The notes under the pieces: generated by a model
Told to the model about the DNA's origin: nothing
Database searches by the model: none
What the model saw: the letters and a program-made list of their open reading frames with translations, nothing else
Source: Mobula hypostoma
Taxonomy: Eukaryota
Assembly (NCBI RefSeq): GCF_963921235.1
Contig: NW_026948140.1
Location: 682,001 to 729,289 of the forward strand
Length of the DNA: 47,289 bases
Direction: 5' to 3'
Shown here: positions 15,001-29,500 of the stretch, one piece after another
How positions within the stretch are numbered: the first letter of the stretch is position 1
Layout of the letters: each line of letters begins with the position of its first letter
Translations under genes and position numbers: made by a program

Positions 15001-18000
15001 TGAATCTCATGCCCTGAAACTCCTGCCCTGAATCTCCAGCCCTGAAACTCCTGCCCTGAATCTCATGCCCTGAAACTCCTGCCCTGAAACTCATGCCCTG
15101 AATCTCATGCCCTGAAACTCCTGCCCTGAATCTCCTGCCCTGAAACTCATGCCCTGAATCTCATGCCCTGAAACTCCTGCCCTGAATCTCCTGCCCTGAA
15201 ACTCATGCCCTGAATCTCAAGCCCTGAAACTACAGCCCTGAATCTCATGCCCTGAAACTCCTGCCCTGAATCTCCTGCCCTGAAACTAATGCCCTGAATC
15301 ACATGCCCTGAAACTCCTGCCCTGAAACTCCTGCCCTGAATCTCCTGCCCTGAAGCTCATGCCCTGATTCTCATGCCCTGAAACTCATGCCCTGAAACTC
15401 CTGCCCTGAATCTCATGCCCTGAATCTCATGCCCTGAAACTCCTGCCCTGAAACTCATGCCCTGAATCTCATGCCCTGAAACTCCTGCCCTGAATCTCCT
15501 GCCCTGAAACTCATGCCCTGAATCTCATGCCCTGAAACTCATGCCCTGAATCTCATGCCCTGAAACTCCTGCCCTGAATCTCCTGCCCTGAAACTCATGC
15601 CCTGAATCTCATGCCCTGAAACTCCTGCCCTGAATCTCCTGCCCTGAAACTCATGCCCTGAATCTCCTGCCCTGAAACTCCTGCCCTGAATCTCCTGCCC
15701 TGAAACTCATGCCCTGAATCTCATGCCCTGAAACTCATGCCCTGAATCTCATGCCCTGAAACTCCTGCCCTGAATCTCCTGCCCTGAAACTCATGCCCTG
15801 AATCTCATGCCCTGAAACCTGACATGCCCTGAATCTCATGCCCTGAAACTCCTGCCCTGAATCTCCTGCCCTGAAACTCCTGCCCTGAATCTCATGCCCT
15901 GAAACTCCTGCCCTGAAACTCCTGCCCTGAATCTCATGCCCTGAAACTCATGCCCTGAATCTCATGCCCTGAATCTCCTGCCCTGAAACTCATGCCCTGA
16001 ATCTCATGCCCTGAAACTCCTGCCCTGAATCTCCTGCCCTGAAACTCATGCCCTGAATCTCAAGCCCTGAAACTCCTGCCCTGAATCTCATGCCCTGAAA
16101 CTCATGCCCTGAATCTCCTGCCCTGAAACTCATGCCCTGAATCTCATGCCCTGAAACTCCTGCCCTGAAACTCCTGCCCTGAATCTCCTGCCCTGAAACT
16201 CATGCCCTGAATCTCATGCCCTGAAACTCCTGCCCTGAATCTCCTGCCCTGAAACTCATGCCCTGAATCTCAAGCCCTGAAACTCCTGCCCTGAAACTCA
16301 TGCCCTGAAACTCCTGCCCTGAATCTCCTGCCCTGAAACTCCTGCCCTGAATCTCCTGCCCTGAAACTCATGCCCTGAATCTCATGCCCTGAAACTCCTG
16401 CCCTGAAACTCATGCCCTGAATCTCATGCCCTGAAACTCCTGCCCTGAATCTCCTGCCCTGAAACTCATGCCCTGAATCTCATGCCCTGAAACTCCTGCC
16501 CTGAAACTCCTGCACTGAAACTCATGCCCTGAATCTCATGCCCTGAAACTACTGCCCTGAATCTCATTCCCTGAAACTCATGCCCTGAATTTCCTGCCCT
16601 GAAACTACAGCCCTGAATCTCATGCCATGAAACTCCTGCCCTGAAACTCCTGCCCTGAATCTCATGCCCTGAAACTCCTGCCCTGAATCTCCTGCCCTGA
16701 AACTCCTGCCCTGAAACTCCTGCCCTGAAACTCCTGCCCTGAATCTCATGCCCTGAAACTCATGCCCTGAATCTCATGCCCTGAAACTCCTGCCCTGAAT
16801 CTCCTGCCCTGAAACTCATGCCCTGAATCTCATGCCCTGAAACTCCTGCCCTGAAACTCATGCCCTGAATCTCATGCCCTGAAACTCATGCCCTGAATCT
16901 CATGCCCTGAAACTCCTGCCCTGAAACTCATGCCCTGAATCACATGCCCTGAAACTCCTGCCCTGAATCTCCTGCCCTGAAACTCATGCCCTGAATCTCA
17001 TGCCCTGAAACTCCTGCCCTGAAACTCATGCCCTGAAACTCATGCCCTGAATCTCATGCCCTGAAACTCCTGCCCTGAATCTCCTGCCCTGAAACTCATG
17101 CCCTGAATCTCATGCCCTGAAACTCCTGCCCTGAATCTCCTGCCCTGAAACTCATGCCCTGAATCCTGCCCTGAAACTCCTGCCCTGAATCTCATGCCCT
17201 GAAACTCCTGCCCTGAATCTCCTGCCCTGAATCTCATGCCCTGAATCTCATGCCCTGAAACTCCTGCCCTGAAACTCCTGCCCTGAATCTCAAGCCCTGA
17301 AACTACAGCCCTGAATCTCATGCTCTTTAACTAAAGCCCTGAATCTCATGCCCTGAAACTCCTGCCCTGAATCTCATGCCCTGAAACTCCTGCCCTGAAA
17401 CTCCTGCCCTGAATCTCATGCCCTGAATCTCATGCCCTGAAACTCATGCCCTGAATCTCCTGCCCTGAAACTCCTGCCCTGAAACTCCTGCCCTGAATCT
17501 CAAGCCCTGAAACTCATGCCCTGAATCTCATGCCCTGAAACTAATGCCCTGAATCTCCTGCCCTGAAACTCCTGCCCTGAATCTCCTGCCCTGAAACTCC
17601 TGCCCTGAATCTCCTGCCCTGAAACTCCTGCCCTGAAACTCATGCCCTGAATCTCATGCCCTGAAACTCCTGCCCTGAATCTCCTGCCCTGAAACTCATG
17701 CCCTGAATCTCATGCCCTGAAACTCCTGCCCTGAAACTCCTGCCCTGAAACTCCTGCCCTGAATCTCATGCCCTGAAACTCCTGCCCTGAAACTCCTGCC
17801 CTGAATCTCATGCCCTGAAACTCATGCCCTGAATCTCCTGCCCTGAAACTCCTGCCCTGAATCTCATGCCCTGAAACTCATGCCCTGAAACTCATGCCCT
17901 GAATCTCCTGCCCTGAAACTCCTGCCCTGAATCTCATGCCCTGAAACTCCTGCCCTGAATCTCCTGCCCTGAAACTCCTGCCCTGAATCTCCTGCCCTGA

Positions 18001-21000
18001 AACTCATGCCCTGAATCTCATGCCCTGAAACTCCTGCCCTGAAACTCATGCCCTGAATCTCATGCCCTGAAACTCATGCCCTGAATCTCCTGCCCTGAAA
18101 CTCCTGCCCTGAATCTCCTGCCCTGAAACTCATGCCCTGAATCTCATGCCCTGAAACTCCTGCCCTGAATCTCCTGCCCTGAAACTCATGCCCTGAATCT
18201 CATGCCCTGAAACTCCTGCCCTGAAACTCATGCCCTGAAACTCCTGCCCTGAAACTCCTGCCCTGAATCTCAAGCCCTGAAACTCATGCCCTGAATCTCC
18301 TGCCCTGAAACTAATGCCCTGAATCTCATGCCCTGAAACTCCTGCCCTGAATCTCCTGCCCTGAAACTCATGCCCTGAATCTCATGCCCTGAAACTCCTG
18401 CCCTGAAACTCCTGCCCTGAAACTCATGCCCTGAATCTCATGCCCTGAAACTCCTGCCCTGAATCTCATGCCCTGAAACTCCTGCCCTGAATCTCCTGCC
18501 CTGAAACTCATGCCCTGAATCTCATGCCCTGAAACTCCTGCCCTGAAACTCCTGCCCTGAAACTCATGCCCTGAATCTCATGCCCTGAAACTCATGCCCT
18601 GAATCTCCTGCCCTGAAACTCATGCCCTGAATCTCATGCCCTGAAACGCCAGCGCCGAAACTCCTGCCCTGAAACTCATGCCCTGAATCTCATGCTCTGA
18701 ACCTCGTACCCTGAAACTCCTGCCCTGAAACTCATGCCCTGAATCTCATGCCCTGAAACTCCTGCCCTGAAACTCCTGCCCTGAAACTCCTGCCCTGAAT
18801 CTCATGCCCTGAAACTCATGCCCTGAATCTCATGCCCTGAAACTGCTGCCCTGAATCTCATGCCCTGAAACTCCTGCCCTGAAACTCATGCCCTGAATCT
18901 CCTGCCCTGAAACTCCTGCCCTGAATCTCATGCCCTGAAACTCCTGCCCTGAAACTCATGCCCTGAATCTCATGCCCTGAAACTCCTGCCCTGAATCTCC
19001 TGCCCTGAAACTCATGCCCTGAATCTCATGCCCTGAAACTCCTGCCCTGAAACTCCTGCCCTGAAACTGCTGCCCTGAATCTCAAGCCCGGAAACTACAG
19101 CCCTGAATCTCATGCTCTTTAACTAAAGCCCTGAATCTCCTGCCCTGAAACTCCTGCCCTGAATCACATGCCCTGAAACTCCTGCCCTGAAACTCCTGTC
19201 CTGAATCTCCTGCCCTGAATCTCGTGCCCTGAATCTCATGCCCTGACACTCCTGACCTGAATCTCAAGCCCTGAAACTGCTGCCCTGAATCTCATGCCCT
19301 GAAACTCCTGCCCTGAATCTCCTGCCCTGAAACTCATGCCCTGAATCTCCTGCCCTGAAACTCATGCCCTGAATCTCCTGCCCTGAAACTCCTGCACTGA
19401 ATCTCATGCCCTGAAACTCATGCCCTGAATCTCATGCCCTGAAACTCCTGCCCTGAATCTCCTGCCCTGAAACTCATGCCCTGAATCTCATGCCCTGAAA
19501 CTCCTGCCCTGAATCTCCTGCCCTGAAACTACTGCCCTGAATCTCAATCCCTGAAACTCATGCCCTGAATCTCATGCCCTGAAACTCCTGCCCTGAATCT
19601 CCTGCCCTGAAACTCATGCCCTGAATCTCATGCCCTGAAACTCCTGCCCTGAAACTCCTGCCCTGAAACTCATGCCCTGAATCTCATGCCCTGAAACTCA
19701 TGCCCTGAATCTCATGCCCTGAAACTCATGCCCTGAAACTCCTGCCCTGAAATTCATGCCCTGAATCTCATGCCCTGAAACTAATGCCCTGAATCTCCTG
19801 CTCTGAAACTCCTGCCCTGAAACTCATGCCCTGAATCTCATGCCCTGAATCTCCTGCCCTGAAACTCATGCCCTGAATCTCATGCCCTGAAACTCCTGCC
19901 CTGAATCTCCTGCCCTGAAACTCATGCCCTGAATCTCATGCCCTGAAACTCATGCCCTGAAACTCCTGCCCTGAAACTCCTGCCCTGAATCTCCTGCCCT
20001 GAAACTCATGCCCTGAATCTCATGCCCTGAAACTCCTGCCCTGAAACTCCTGCCCTGAATCTCCTGCCCTGAAACTCATGCCCTGAATCTCATGCCCTGA
20101 AACTCCTGCCCTGAATCTCCTGCCCTGAAACTGCTGCCCTGAATCTCAAGCCCTGAAACCACAGCCCTGAATCTCATGCCCTGAAACTAAAGCCCTGAAT
20201 CTCCTGCCCTGAAACTCATGCCCTGAATCTCATTCCCTGAAACTCATGCCCTGAATCTCATGCCCTGAAACTCCTGCCCTGAAACTCATGCCCTGAATCT
20301 CATGCCCTGAAACTCCTGCCCTGAATCTCCTGCCCTGAAACTCATGCCCTGAATCTCATGCCCTGAAACTCCTGCCCTGAAACTCCTGCCCTGAAACTCA
20401 TGCCCTGAATCTCATGCCCTGAAACTCCTGCCCTGAATCTCCTGCCCTGAAACTCATGCCCTGAATCTCATGCCCTGAAACTCCTGCCCTGAATCTCATG
20501 CCCTGAAACTCCTGCCCTGAAACTCCTGCCCTGAAACTCCTGCCCTGAATCTCATGCCCTGAATCTCATGCCCTGAAACTCCTGCCCTGAAACTCCTGCC
20601 CTGAAACTGCTGCCCTGAATCTCAAGCCCTGAATCTCATGCCCTGAATCTCATGCCCTGAAACTCATGCCCTGAATCTCATGCCATGAAACTCCTGCCCT
20701 GAATCTCATGCCCTGAATTTCATGCCCTGAAACTAATGCCCTGAATCTCATGCCCTGAATCTCCTGCCCTGAATCTCATGCCCTGAATGTCCTGCCCTGA
20801 AACTCATGCCCTGAATCACATGCCCTGAAACTCCTGCCCTGAATCTCCTGCCCTGAAACTCATGCCCTGAATCTCATGCCCTGAAACTCCTGCCCTGAAA
20901 CTGCTGCCCTGAATCTCATGCCCTGAAACTCCTGCCCTGAATCTCCTGCCCTGAAACTCCTGCCCTGAATCTCATGCCCTGAAACTCCTGCCCTGAAACT

Positions 21001-24000
21001 CCTGCCCTGAAACTGCTGCCCTGAATCTCAAGCCCTGAAACTACAGCCCTGAATCTCATGCCCTGAAACTCATGCCCTGAATCTCCTGCCCTGAAACTCA
21101 TACACTGAATCACATGCCCTGAAACTCCTGCCCTGAAACTCATGCCCTGAATCTCATGCCCTGAAACTCCTGCCCTGAATCTCATGCCCTGAAACTCCTG
21201 CCCTGAATCTCCTGCCCTGAAACTCATGCCCTGAATCTCATGCCCTGAAACTCCTGCCCTGAAACTCATGCCCTGAAACTCATGCCCTGAATCTCCTGCC
21301 CTGAAACTCCTGCCCTGAATCTCCTGCCCTGAATCTCCTGCCCTGAAACTCATGCCCTGAATCTCATGCCCTGAAACTCCTGCCCTGAAACAAATGCACT
21401 GAAACTCTTGCCCTGAATCTCATGCCCTGAAACTCCTGCCCTGAATCTCCTGCCCTGAAACTCATGCCCTGAATCTCATGCCCTGAAACTCCTGCCCTGA
21501 ATCTCATGCCCTGAAACTCCTGCCCTGAAACTCCTGCCCTGAAACTCCTGCCCTGAATCTCATGCCCTGAAACTCCTGCCCTGAATCTCATGCCCTGAAA
21601 CTCATGCCCTGAATCTCCTGCCCTGAAACTCATGCCCTGAATCACATGCCCTGAAACTCCTGCCCTGAATCTCCTGCCCTGAAACTCATGCCCTGAATCT
21701 CATGCCCTGAAAATCCTGCTGCCCTGAAACTCATGCCCTGAATCTCATGCCCTGAAACTCCTGCCCTGAATCTCCTGCCCTGAAACTCATGCCCTGAATC
21801 TCATGCCCTGAAACTCCTGCCCTGAATCTCATGCCCTGAAACTCATGCCCTGAATCTCATGCCCTGAAACTCCTGCCCTGAATCTCCTGCCCTGAAACTC
21901 ATGCCCTGAATCTCCTGCCCTGAAAGTCATGCCCTGAATCTCATGCCCTGAAACTCATGCCCTGAATCTCATGCCCTGAATCTCCTGCCCTGAAACTCCT
22001 GCCCTGAATCTCATGCCCTGAAACTCCTGCCCTGAATCTCATGCCCTGAAACTCCTGCCCTGAATCTCCTGCCCTGAAACTCATGCCCTGAATCTCCTGC
22101 CCTGAAACTCATGCCCTGAATCACCTGCCCTGAAACTCCTGCCCTGAAACTCATGCCCTGAATCTCATGCCCTGAAACTCCTGCCCTGAATCTCATGCCC
22201 TGAAACTCCTGCCCTGAAACTCCAGCCCTGAAACTCCTGCCCTGAAACTCCTGCCCTGAATCTCCTGCCCTGAAACTCATGCCCTGAATCTCATGCCCTG
22301 AAACTACTGCCCTGAATCTCATGCCCTGAAACTAATGCCCTGAATCTCAAGCCCTGAATCTCCTGCCCTGAAACTCATGCCCTGAATCTCATGCCCTGAA
22401 ACTCAAGCCCTGAATCTCATGCCCTGAAACTCCTGCCCTGAAACTCATGCCCTGAATCTCATGCCCTGAAACTCCTGCCCTGAATCTCCTGCCCTGAAAC
22501 TCATGCCCTGAATCTCATGCCCTGAAACTCCTGCCCTGAAACTGCACTTGAATCTGAAGGCCTGAAACCTCTGCCCTGAATCTCTTGTGCAGAAACTCCT
22601 GCCCTGAATCTCCTTCCCTGAAACTCATGCCCTGAATCTCATGCACTGAAACTCCTGCCCTGAATCTCCTTCCCTGAAACTCATGCCCTGAATCTCATGC
22701 CCTGAAACTCCTGCCCTGAAACTCCTGCCCTGAAACTCATGCCCTGAATCACATGCCCTGAAACTCCTGCCCTGAAATCTCCTGCCCTGAAACTGCTGCC
22801 CTGAATCTCAAACCAGGAAACCACAGCCCTGAATCTCATGCCCTGAAACTCCTGCCCTGAAACTCCTGCCCTGAAACTCATGCCCTGAATCTCATGCCCT
22901 GAAACTCCTGCCCTGAATCTCCTGCCCTGAAACTCCTGCCCTGAATCTCATGCCCTGAAACTCATGCCCTGAATCTCATGCCCTGAAACTCCTGCCCTGA
23001 ATCTCCTGCCCTGAAACTCATGCCCTGAATCTCATGCCCTGAAACTCATGCCCTGAAACTCCTGCACTGAATCTCCTGCCCTGAATCTCATGCCCTGAAA
23101 CTCATGCCCTGAATCTCATGCCCTGAAACTAATGCCCTGAATCTCCTGCCCTGAAACTCACGCCCTGAATCTCATGCCTTCAAACTCCTGCCCTGAATCT
23201 CCTGACCTGAAGCTCACGCCCTGAATCTCATGCCTTCAAACTCCTGCCCTGAATCTCCTGCCCTGAAACTCATGCCCTGAATCTCATGCCCTGAAACTCC
23301 TGCCCTGAAACTCCTGCCCTGAAACTCCTGCCCTGAAACTCATGCCCTGAATCTCATGCCCTGAAACTCCTGCCCTGAATCTCATGCCCTGAAACTCCTG
23401 CCCTGAAACTCATGCCCTGAAACTCCTGCCCTGAAACTCCTGCCCTGAAACTCATGCCCTGAATCTCCTGCCCTGAAACTCATGCCCTGAATCTCATGCC
23501 CTGAAACTCCTGCCCTGAATCTCCTGCCCTGAAACTCATGCCCTGAATCTCATGCCCTGAAACTCCTGCCCTGAATCTCATGCCCTGAAACTCCTGCCCT
23601 GAAACTCCTGCCCTGAATCTCATGCCCTGAAACTCCTGCCCTGAAACTCCTGCCCTGAATCTCATGCCTTGAAACTCCTGCCCTGAATCTCAAGCCGTGA
23701 AACTCATACTCTGAATCACGTGCTCTGAAACTCATGCCCTGAAACTCCTGCCCTGAAACTCATGCCCTGAATCTCATGCCCTGAAACTCCTGCCCTGAAA
23801 CTCCTGCCCTGAATCTCATGCCCTGAATCTCCTGCCCTGAAACTCATGCCCTGAATCACATGCCCTGAAACTCCTGCCCTGAATCTCAAGCCCTGAAACT
23901 CATGCCCTGAATCTCATGCCCTGAAACTCCTGCCCTGAAACTCCTGCCCTGAAACTCATGCCCTGAATCTCATGCCCTGAAACTCCTGCCCTGAATCTCC

Positions 24001-26500
24001 TGCCCTGAAACTCATGCCCTGAATCTCCTGCCCTGAAACTCCTGCCCTGAATCTCATGCCCTGAAACTCCTGCCCTGAATCTCCTGCCCTGAAACTCATG
24101 CCCTGAATCTCATGCCCTGAAACTCCTGCCCTGAATCTCCTGCCCTGAAACTGCTGCCCTGAATCTCATGCCCTGAAACTCCTGCCCTGAATCTCATGCC
24201 CTGAAACTCATGCCCTGAATCTCCTGCCCTGAAACTCATGCCCTGAATCTCCTGCCCTGAAACTCCTGCCCTGAATCTCATGCCCTGAATCTCATGCCCT
24301 GAAACTCATGCCCTGAATCTCATGCCCTGAAACTCCTGCCCTGAAACTCATTCCCTGAATCTCATGCCCTGAAACTCCTTCCCTGAAACTCCTGCCCTGA
24401 AACTGCTGCCCTGAATCACAAGCCCGGAAACTCATGCCCTGAATCTCATGCCCTGAAACTCCTGCCCTGAATCTCCTGCCCTGAAACTCATGCCCTGAAT
24501 CTCATGCCCTGAAACTCCTGCCCTGAATCTCCTGCCCTGAAACTCATGCCCTGAATCTCATGCCCTGAAACTCCTGCCCTGAATCTCCTGCCCTGAAACT
24601 GCATGCCCTGAATCTCATGCCCTGAAACTCTCATGCCCTGAATCTCCTGCCCTGAAACTCCTGCCCTGAAACTCCTGCCCTGAAACTCCTGCCCTGAATC
24701 TCATGCCCTGAAACTCATGCCCTGAAACTCCTGCCCTGAATCTCCTGCCCTGAAACTCATGCCCTGAATCTCATGCCCTGAAACTCCTGCCCTGAAATTC
24801 CTGCCCTGAAACTGCTGCCCTGAATCTCAAGCCCTGAAACTCCTGCCCTGAATCTCCTGCCCTGAAACTCATGCCCTGAATCTCATGCCCTGAAACTCAT
24901 GCCCTGAATCTCATGCACTGAAACTCCTGCCCTGAATCTCATGCCCTGAAACTCCTGCCCTGAATCTCATGCCCTGAAACTCCTGCCCTGAATCTCCTGC
25001 CCTGAAACTCATGCCCTGAATCTCATGCCCTGAAACTCCTGCCCTGAATCCTGCCCTGAAACTGCTGCCCTGAATCTCAAGCCCTGAAACTCATGCTCTG
25101 AATCTCATGCCCTGAAACTCATGCCCTGAATCTCCTGCCCTGAAACTCATGCCCTGAATCACATGCCCTGAAACTCCTGCCCTGAAACTCCTACCCTGAA
25201 ACTGCTGCCCTGAATCTCAAACCTGAAACTACAGCCCTGAATCTCATGCCCTGAAACTCCTGCCCTGAAATTCCTGCCCTGAAACTCATGCCCTGAATCT
25301 CCTGCCCTGAAACTCCTGCCCTGAATCTCATGCCCTGAATCTCCTGCCCTGAAACTCCTGCCCTGAATCTCATGCCCTGAATCTCCTGCCCTGAAACTTA
25401 TGCCCTGAATCTCATGCCCTGAAACTCCTGCCCTGAAACTCCTGCCCTGAAACTCATGCCCTGAATCTCATGCCCTGAAACTCCAGCCCTGAATCTCATG
25501 CCCTGAAACTCCTGCCCTGAATCTCCTGCCCTGAAACTCATGCCCTGAATCTCATGCCCTGAAACTCCTGCCCTGAAACTCCTGCCCTGAATCTCCTGCC
25601 CTGAAACTCATGCCCTGAATCTCATGCCCTGAAACTCCTGCCCTGAAACTCCTGCCCTGAAACGCATGCCCTGAATCTCAAGCCCTGAAACTCATGCCCT
25701 GAATCTCATGCCCTGAAACTAAAGCCCTGAATCTCCTGCCCTGAAACTCATGCCCTGAATCTCAAGCCCTGAAACTCATGCCCTGAATCTCATGCCCTGA
25801 AACTCCTGCCCTGAAACTCATGCCCTGAATCTCATGCCCTGAAACTCCTGCCCTGAATCTCCTGCCCTGAAACTCATGCCCTGAATCTCATGCCCTGAAA
25901 CTCCTGCCCTGAAACTCCTGCCCTGAAACTCATGCCCTGAATCTCATGCCCTGAAACTCCTGCCCTGAATCTCATGCCCTGAAACTCATGCCCTGAATCT
26001 CCTGCCCTGAATCTCATGCCCTGAATCTCATGCCCTAAAACTCATGCCATGAATCTCATGCCTTGAAACTCCTGGTCTGAAACTGATGCCCTGAATCCCA
26101 TGCCCTGAAACTCCTGCCCTGAAACTCCTGCCCTGAAACTCCTGCCCTGAATCTCATGCCCTGAAACTCATGCCCTGAATCTCATGCCCTGAAACTCATG
26201 CCCTGAATCTCATGCCCTGAAACTCCTGCCCTGAATCTCAAGCCCTGAATCTCCTGCCCTGAAACTCATGCCCTGAAACTCTTCCCTGAAACTCATGCCC
26301 TGAATCTCATGCCCTGAAACTCCTGCCCTGAAACTCATGCCCTGAATCTCATGCCCTGAATCTCCTGCCCTGAATCTCCTGCCCTGAAACTCATGCCCTG
26401 AATCTCATGCCCTGAAACTCCTGCCCTGAAACTCATGCCCTGAAACTCTTGCCCTGAATCTCATGCCCTGAAACTCCTGCCCTGAATCTCCTGCCCTGAA
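1..26500. repeat. Homogeneous four-variant domain of the satellite, no evident long-range HOR
   Basis: Most monomers are one of the four consensus forms. Diverged monomers (ACTGCT, TCTCAA, ACTACA, ACTAAA, TCACAT) are sparse and irregularly spaced. The right boundary is gradual and approximate. Confidence 0.75.
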
Positions 26501-29500
26501 ACTCATGCCCTGAATCTCCTGCCCTGAAACTACAGCCCTGAATCTCATGCCCTGAAACTCCTGCCCTGAAACTCCTGCCCTGAAACTCCTGCCCTGAATC
26601 TCATGCCCTGAATCACATGCCCTGAAACTCCGGCCCTGAAACTCCTACCCTGAAACTGCTGCCCTGAATCTCAAACCAGGAAACCACAGCCCTGAATCTC
26701 ATGCCCTGAAACTCATGCCCTGAATCTCCTGCCCTGAATCTCATGCCCTGAATCTCATGCCCTGAAACTCCTGCACTGAAACTCCTGCCCTGAAACTCAT
26801 GCCCTGAATCTCATGCCCTGAAACTCCTGCCCTGAAACTCCTGCTCTGAAACTGCTGCCCTGAAGCTCAAGCCCTGAATCTCATGCCCTGAATCTCATGA
26901 CCTGAAACTAAAGCCCTGAATATCATGCCCTGAATCTCCTGCCCTGAATCTCCTGCCCTGAAACTCATGCCCTGAATCTCATGCCCTGAAACTCATGCCC
27001 TGAATCTCATGCCCTGAAACTCCTGCCCTGAAACTGCTGCCCTGAATCTCATGCCCTGAAACTCCTGCCCTGAATCTCATGCCCTGAAACTCCTGCCCTG
27101 AATCTCCTGCCCTGAAACTCATGCCCTGAATCTCCTGCCCTGAAACTCATGCCCTGAATCTCATGCCCTGAAACTCCTGCCCTGAATCTCCTGCCCTGAA
27201 GCTGATGGCCTGAATCTCATGCCCTGAAACACCAGCCCTGAAATTCCTGCCCTGAAATTGCTGCCCTGAATCTCAAGCCCGGAAACCACAGCCCTGAATC
27301 TCATGCCCTGAAACTAAAGCCCTGAATCTCCTGCCCTGAAACTCATATCCTGAATCACATGCCCTGAAACTCATGCCCTGAAACTCCTGCTCTGAAACTC
27401 CTGCCCTGAAACTCATGCCCTGAATCTCAGGCCCTGAAACTCCTGCCCTGAATCTCCTGCCCTGAAACTCATGCCCTGAATCTCAAGCCCTGAATCTCAT
27501 GCCCTGAATCTCCTGCCCTGAATCTCATTCCCTGAATCTCATGCCCTGAAACTACTGCCCTGAATCTCCTGCCCTGAAACTCCTGCCCTGAATCTCCTGC
27601 CCTGAAACTACTGCCCTGAATCTCATGCCCTGAAACTCCTGCCCTGAATCTCCTGCCCTGAAACTCATGCCCTGAATCTCATGCCCTGAAACTCCTGCCT
27701 GAAAATCCTACCCTGAAACTGCTGCCCTGAATCTCAATCTAGGAAACCACAGCCCTGAATCTCAAGCCCTGAAACTCAAGCCCTGAATCTCCTGCCCTGA
27801 AACTCATGCCCTGAATCTCATGCCCTGAAACTCCTGCCCTGAAACTCCTGCCCTGAAACTGCTGCCCTGAATCTCAAACCAGGAAAACACAGCCCTGAAT
27901 CTCATGCCCTGAAACTTTTGCCCTGAAATTCCTGCCCTGAAACTCATGCCCTGAATCTCATGCCCTGAAACTCAGCCCTGAATCTCATGCCCTGAATCTC
28001 ATGCCCTGAAACTCATGCCCTGAATCTCCTGCCCTGAAACTCATGCCCTGAATCTCATGCCCTGAAACTCCTGCCCTGAAACTCCTGCCCTGAAACTAAT
28101 GCCCTGAATCTCAAGCCCTGAAACTGCTGCCCTGAATCTCATGCCCTGAAACTCCTGCCCTGAATCTCCTGCCCTGAAACTCATGCCCTGAATCACATGC
28201 CCTGAAACTCCTGCCCTGAAACTCCTGCCCTGAACCTCCTGCCCTGAAACTCATGCCCTGAATCTCATGCCCTGAAAGTTCTGCCCTGAATCTCCTGCCG
28301 TGAAACTGCTGCCCTGAATCTCAAGCCCTGAAACTAAAGCCCTAATCTCATGCCCAGAAACTAAAGCACAGAATCTCCTGCCCTGAAACTCATGCTCTGA
28401 ATCTCATGCCCTGAAACTCCTGCCCTGAATCACATGCCCTGAAACTCCTGCCCTGAAACTCATGCCCTGAATCTCATGCCCTGAAACTCCTGCCCTGAAT
28501 CTCCTGCCCTGAAACTCATGCCCTGAATCTCATGCCCTGAAACTCCTGCCCTGAAACATTTGCACTTACACTCTTGCCCTGAATCTCATGCCCTGAAACT
28601 CCTGCCCTGAATCTCCTGCCCTGAAACTCATGCCCTGAATCTCATGCCCTGAAACTACAGCCCTGAATCTCATGCCCTGAAACTCCTGCCCTGAAACTCC
28701 TGCCCTGAAACTCCTGCCCTGAATCACATGCCCTGAATCACATGCCCTGAAACTCCGGCCCTGAAACTTCTACCCTGAAACTGCTGCCCTGAACTCAGCC
28801 CTGAAACCATGCCCTGAAACTCATGCCCTGAATCTCATGCCCTGAAACTCATGCCCTGAATCTCCTGCCCTGAAACTCATGCCCTGAATCTCATGCCCTG
28901 AAACTCCTGCCCTGAAACATTTGCACTGAAACTCTTGCCCTGAATCTCATGCCCTGAAACTACTGCCCTGAATCTCATTCCCTGAAACTCATGCCCTGAA
29001 TTTCCTGCCCTGAAACTACAGCCCTGAATCTCATGCCCTGAAACTCCTGCCCTGAAACTCCTGCCCTGAAACTCCTGCCCTGAATCACATGCCCTGAATC
29101 TCATGCCCTGAAACTCCGGCTCTGAATCACCTGCCCTGAAACTCATGCCCTGAATCTCATGCCCTGAATCTCCTGCCCTGAATCTCATGCCCTGAAACTC
29201 ATGCCCTGAATCTCATGCCCTGAAACTCCTGCCCTGAATCTCATGCCCTGAAACTCCTGCCCTGAATCTCCTGCCCTGAAACTCATGCCCTGAATCTCAA
29301 ACCAGGAAAACACAGCCCTGAATCTCATGCCCTGAATCTCATGCCCTGAAAGTCCTGCCCTGAAATTCCTGCCCTGAATCTCAATCCCTGAAACTCATGC
29401 CCTGAATCTCATGCCCTGAAACTAAAGCCCTGAATCTCCTTCCCTGAAACTCATGCCCTGAATCTCATGCCCTGAAACTCCTGCCCTGAATCTCCTGTGC

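Noticed and set aside
20916..21353. Longest ORF (145 aa) as a candidate repetitive structural protein
   Set aside because: It is indistinguishable from flanking repeat sequence; its length is plausibly the tail of the chance distribution among thousands of monomers.
1..26500. Monomer order as encoded information (synthetic data storage or a templating code)
   Set aside because: The order is strongly biased and redundant, there are no adapters or indices, and it grades into a naturally diverged HOR. Slippage or consensus artefact explains it more simply.
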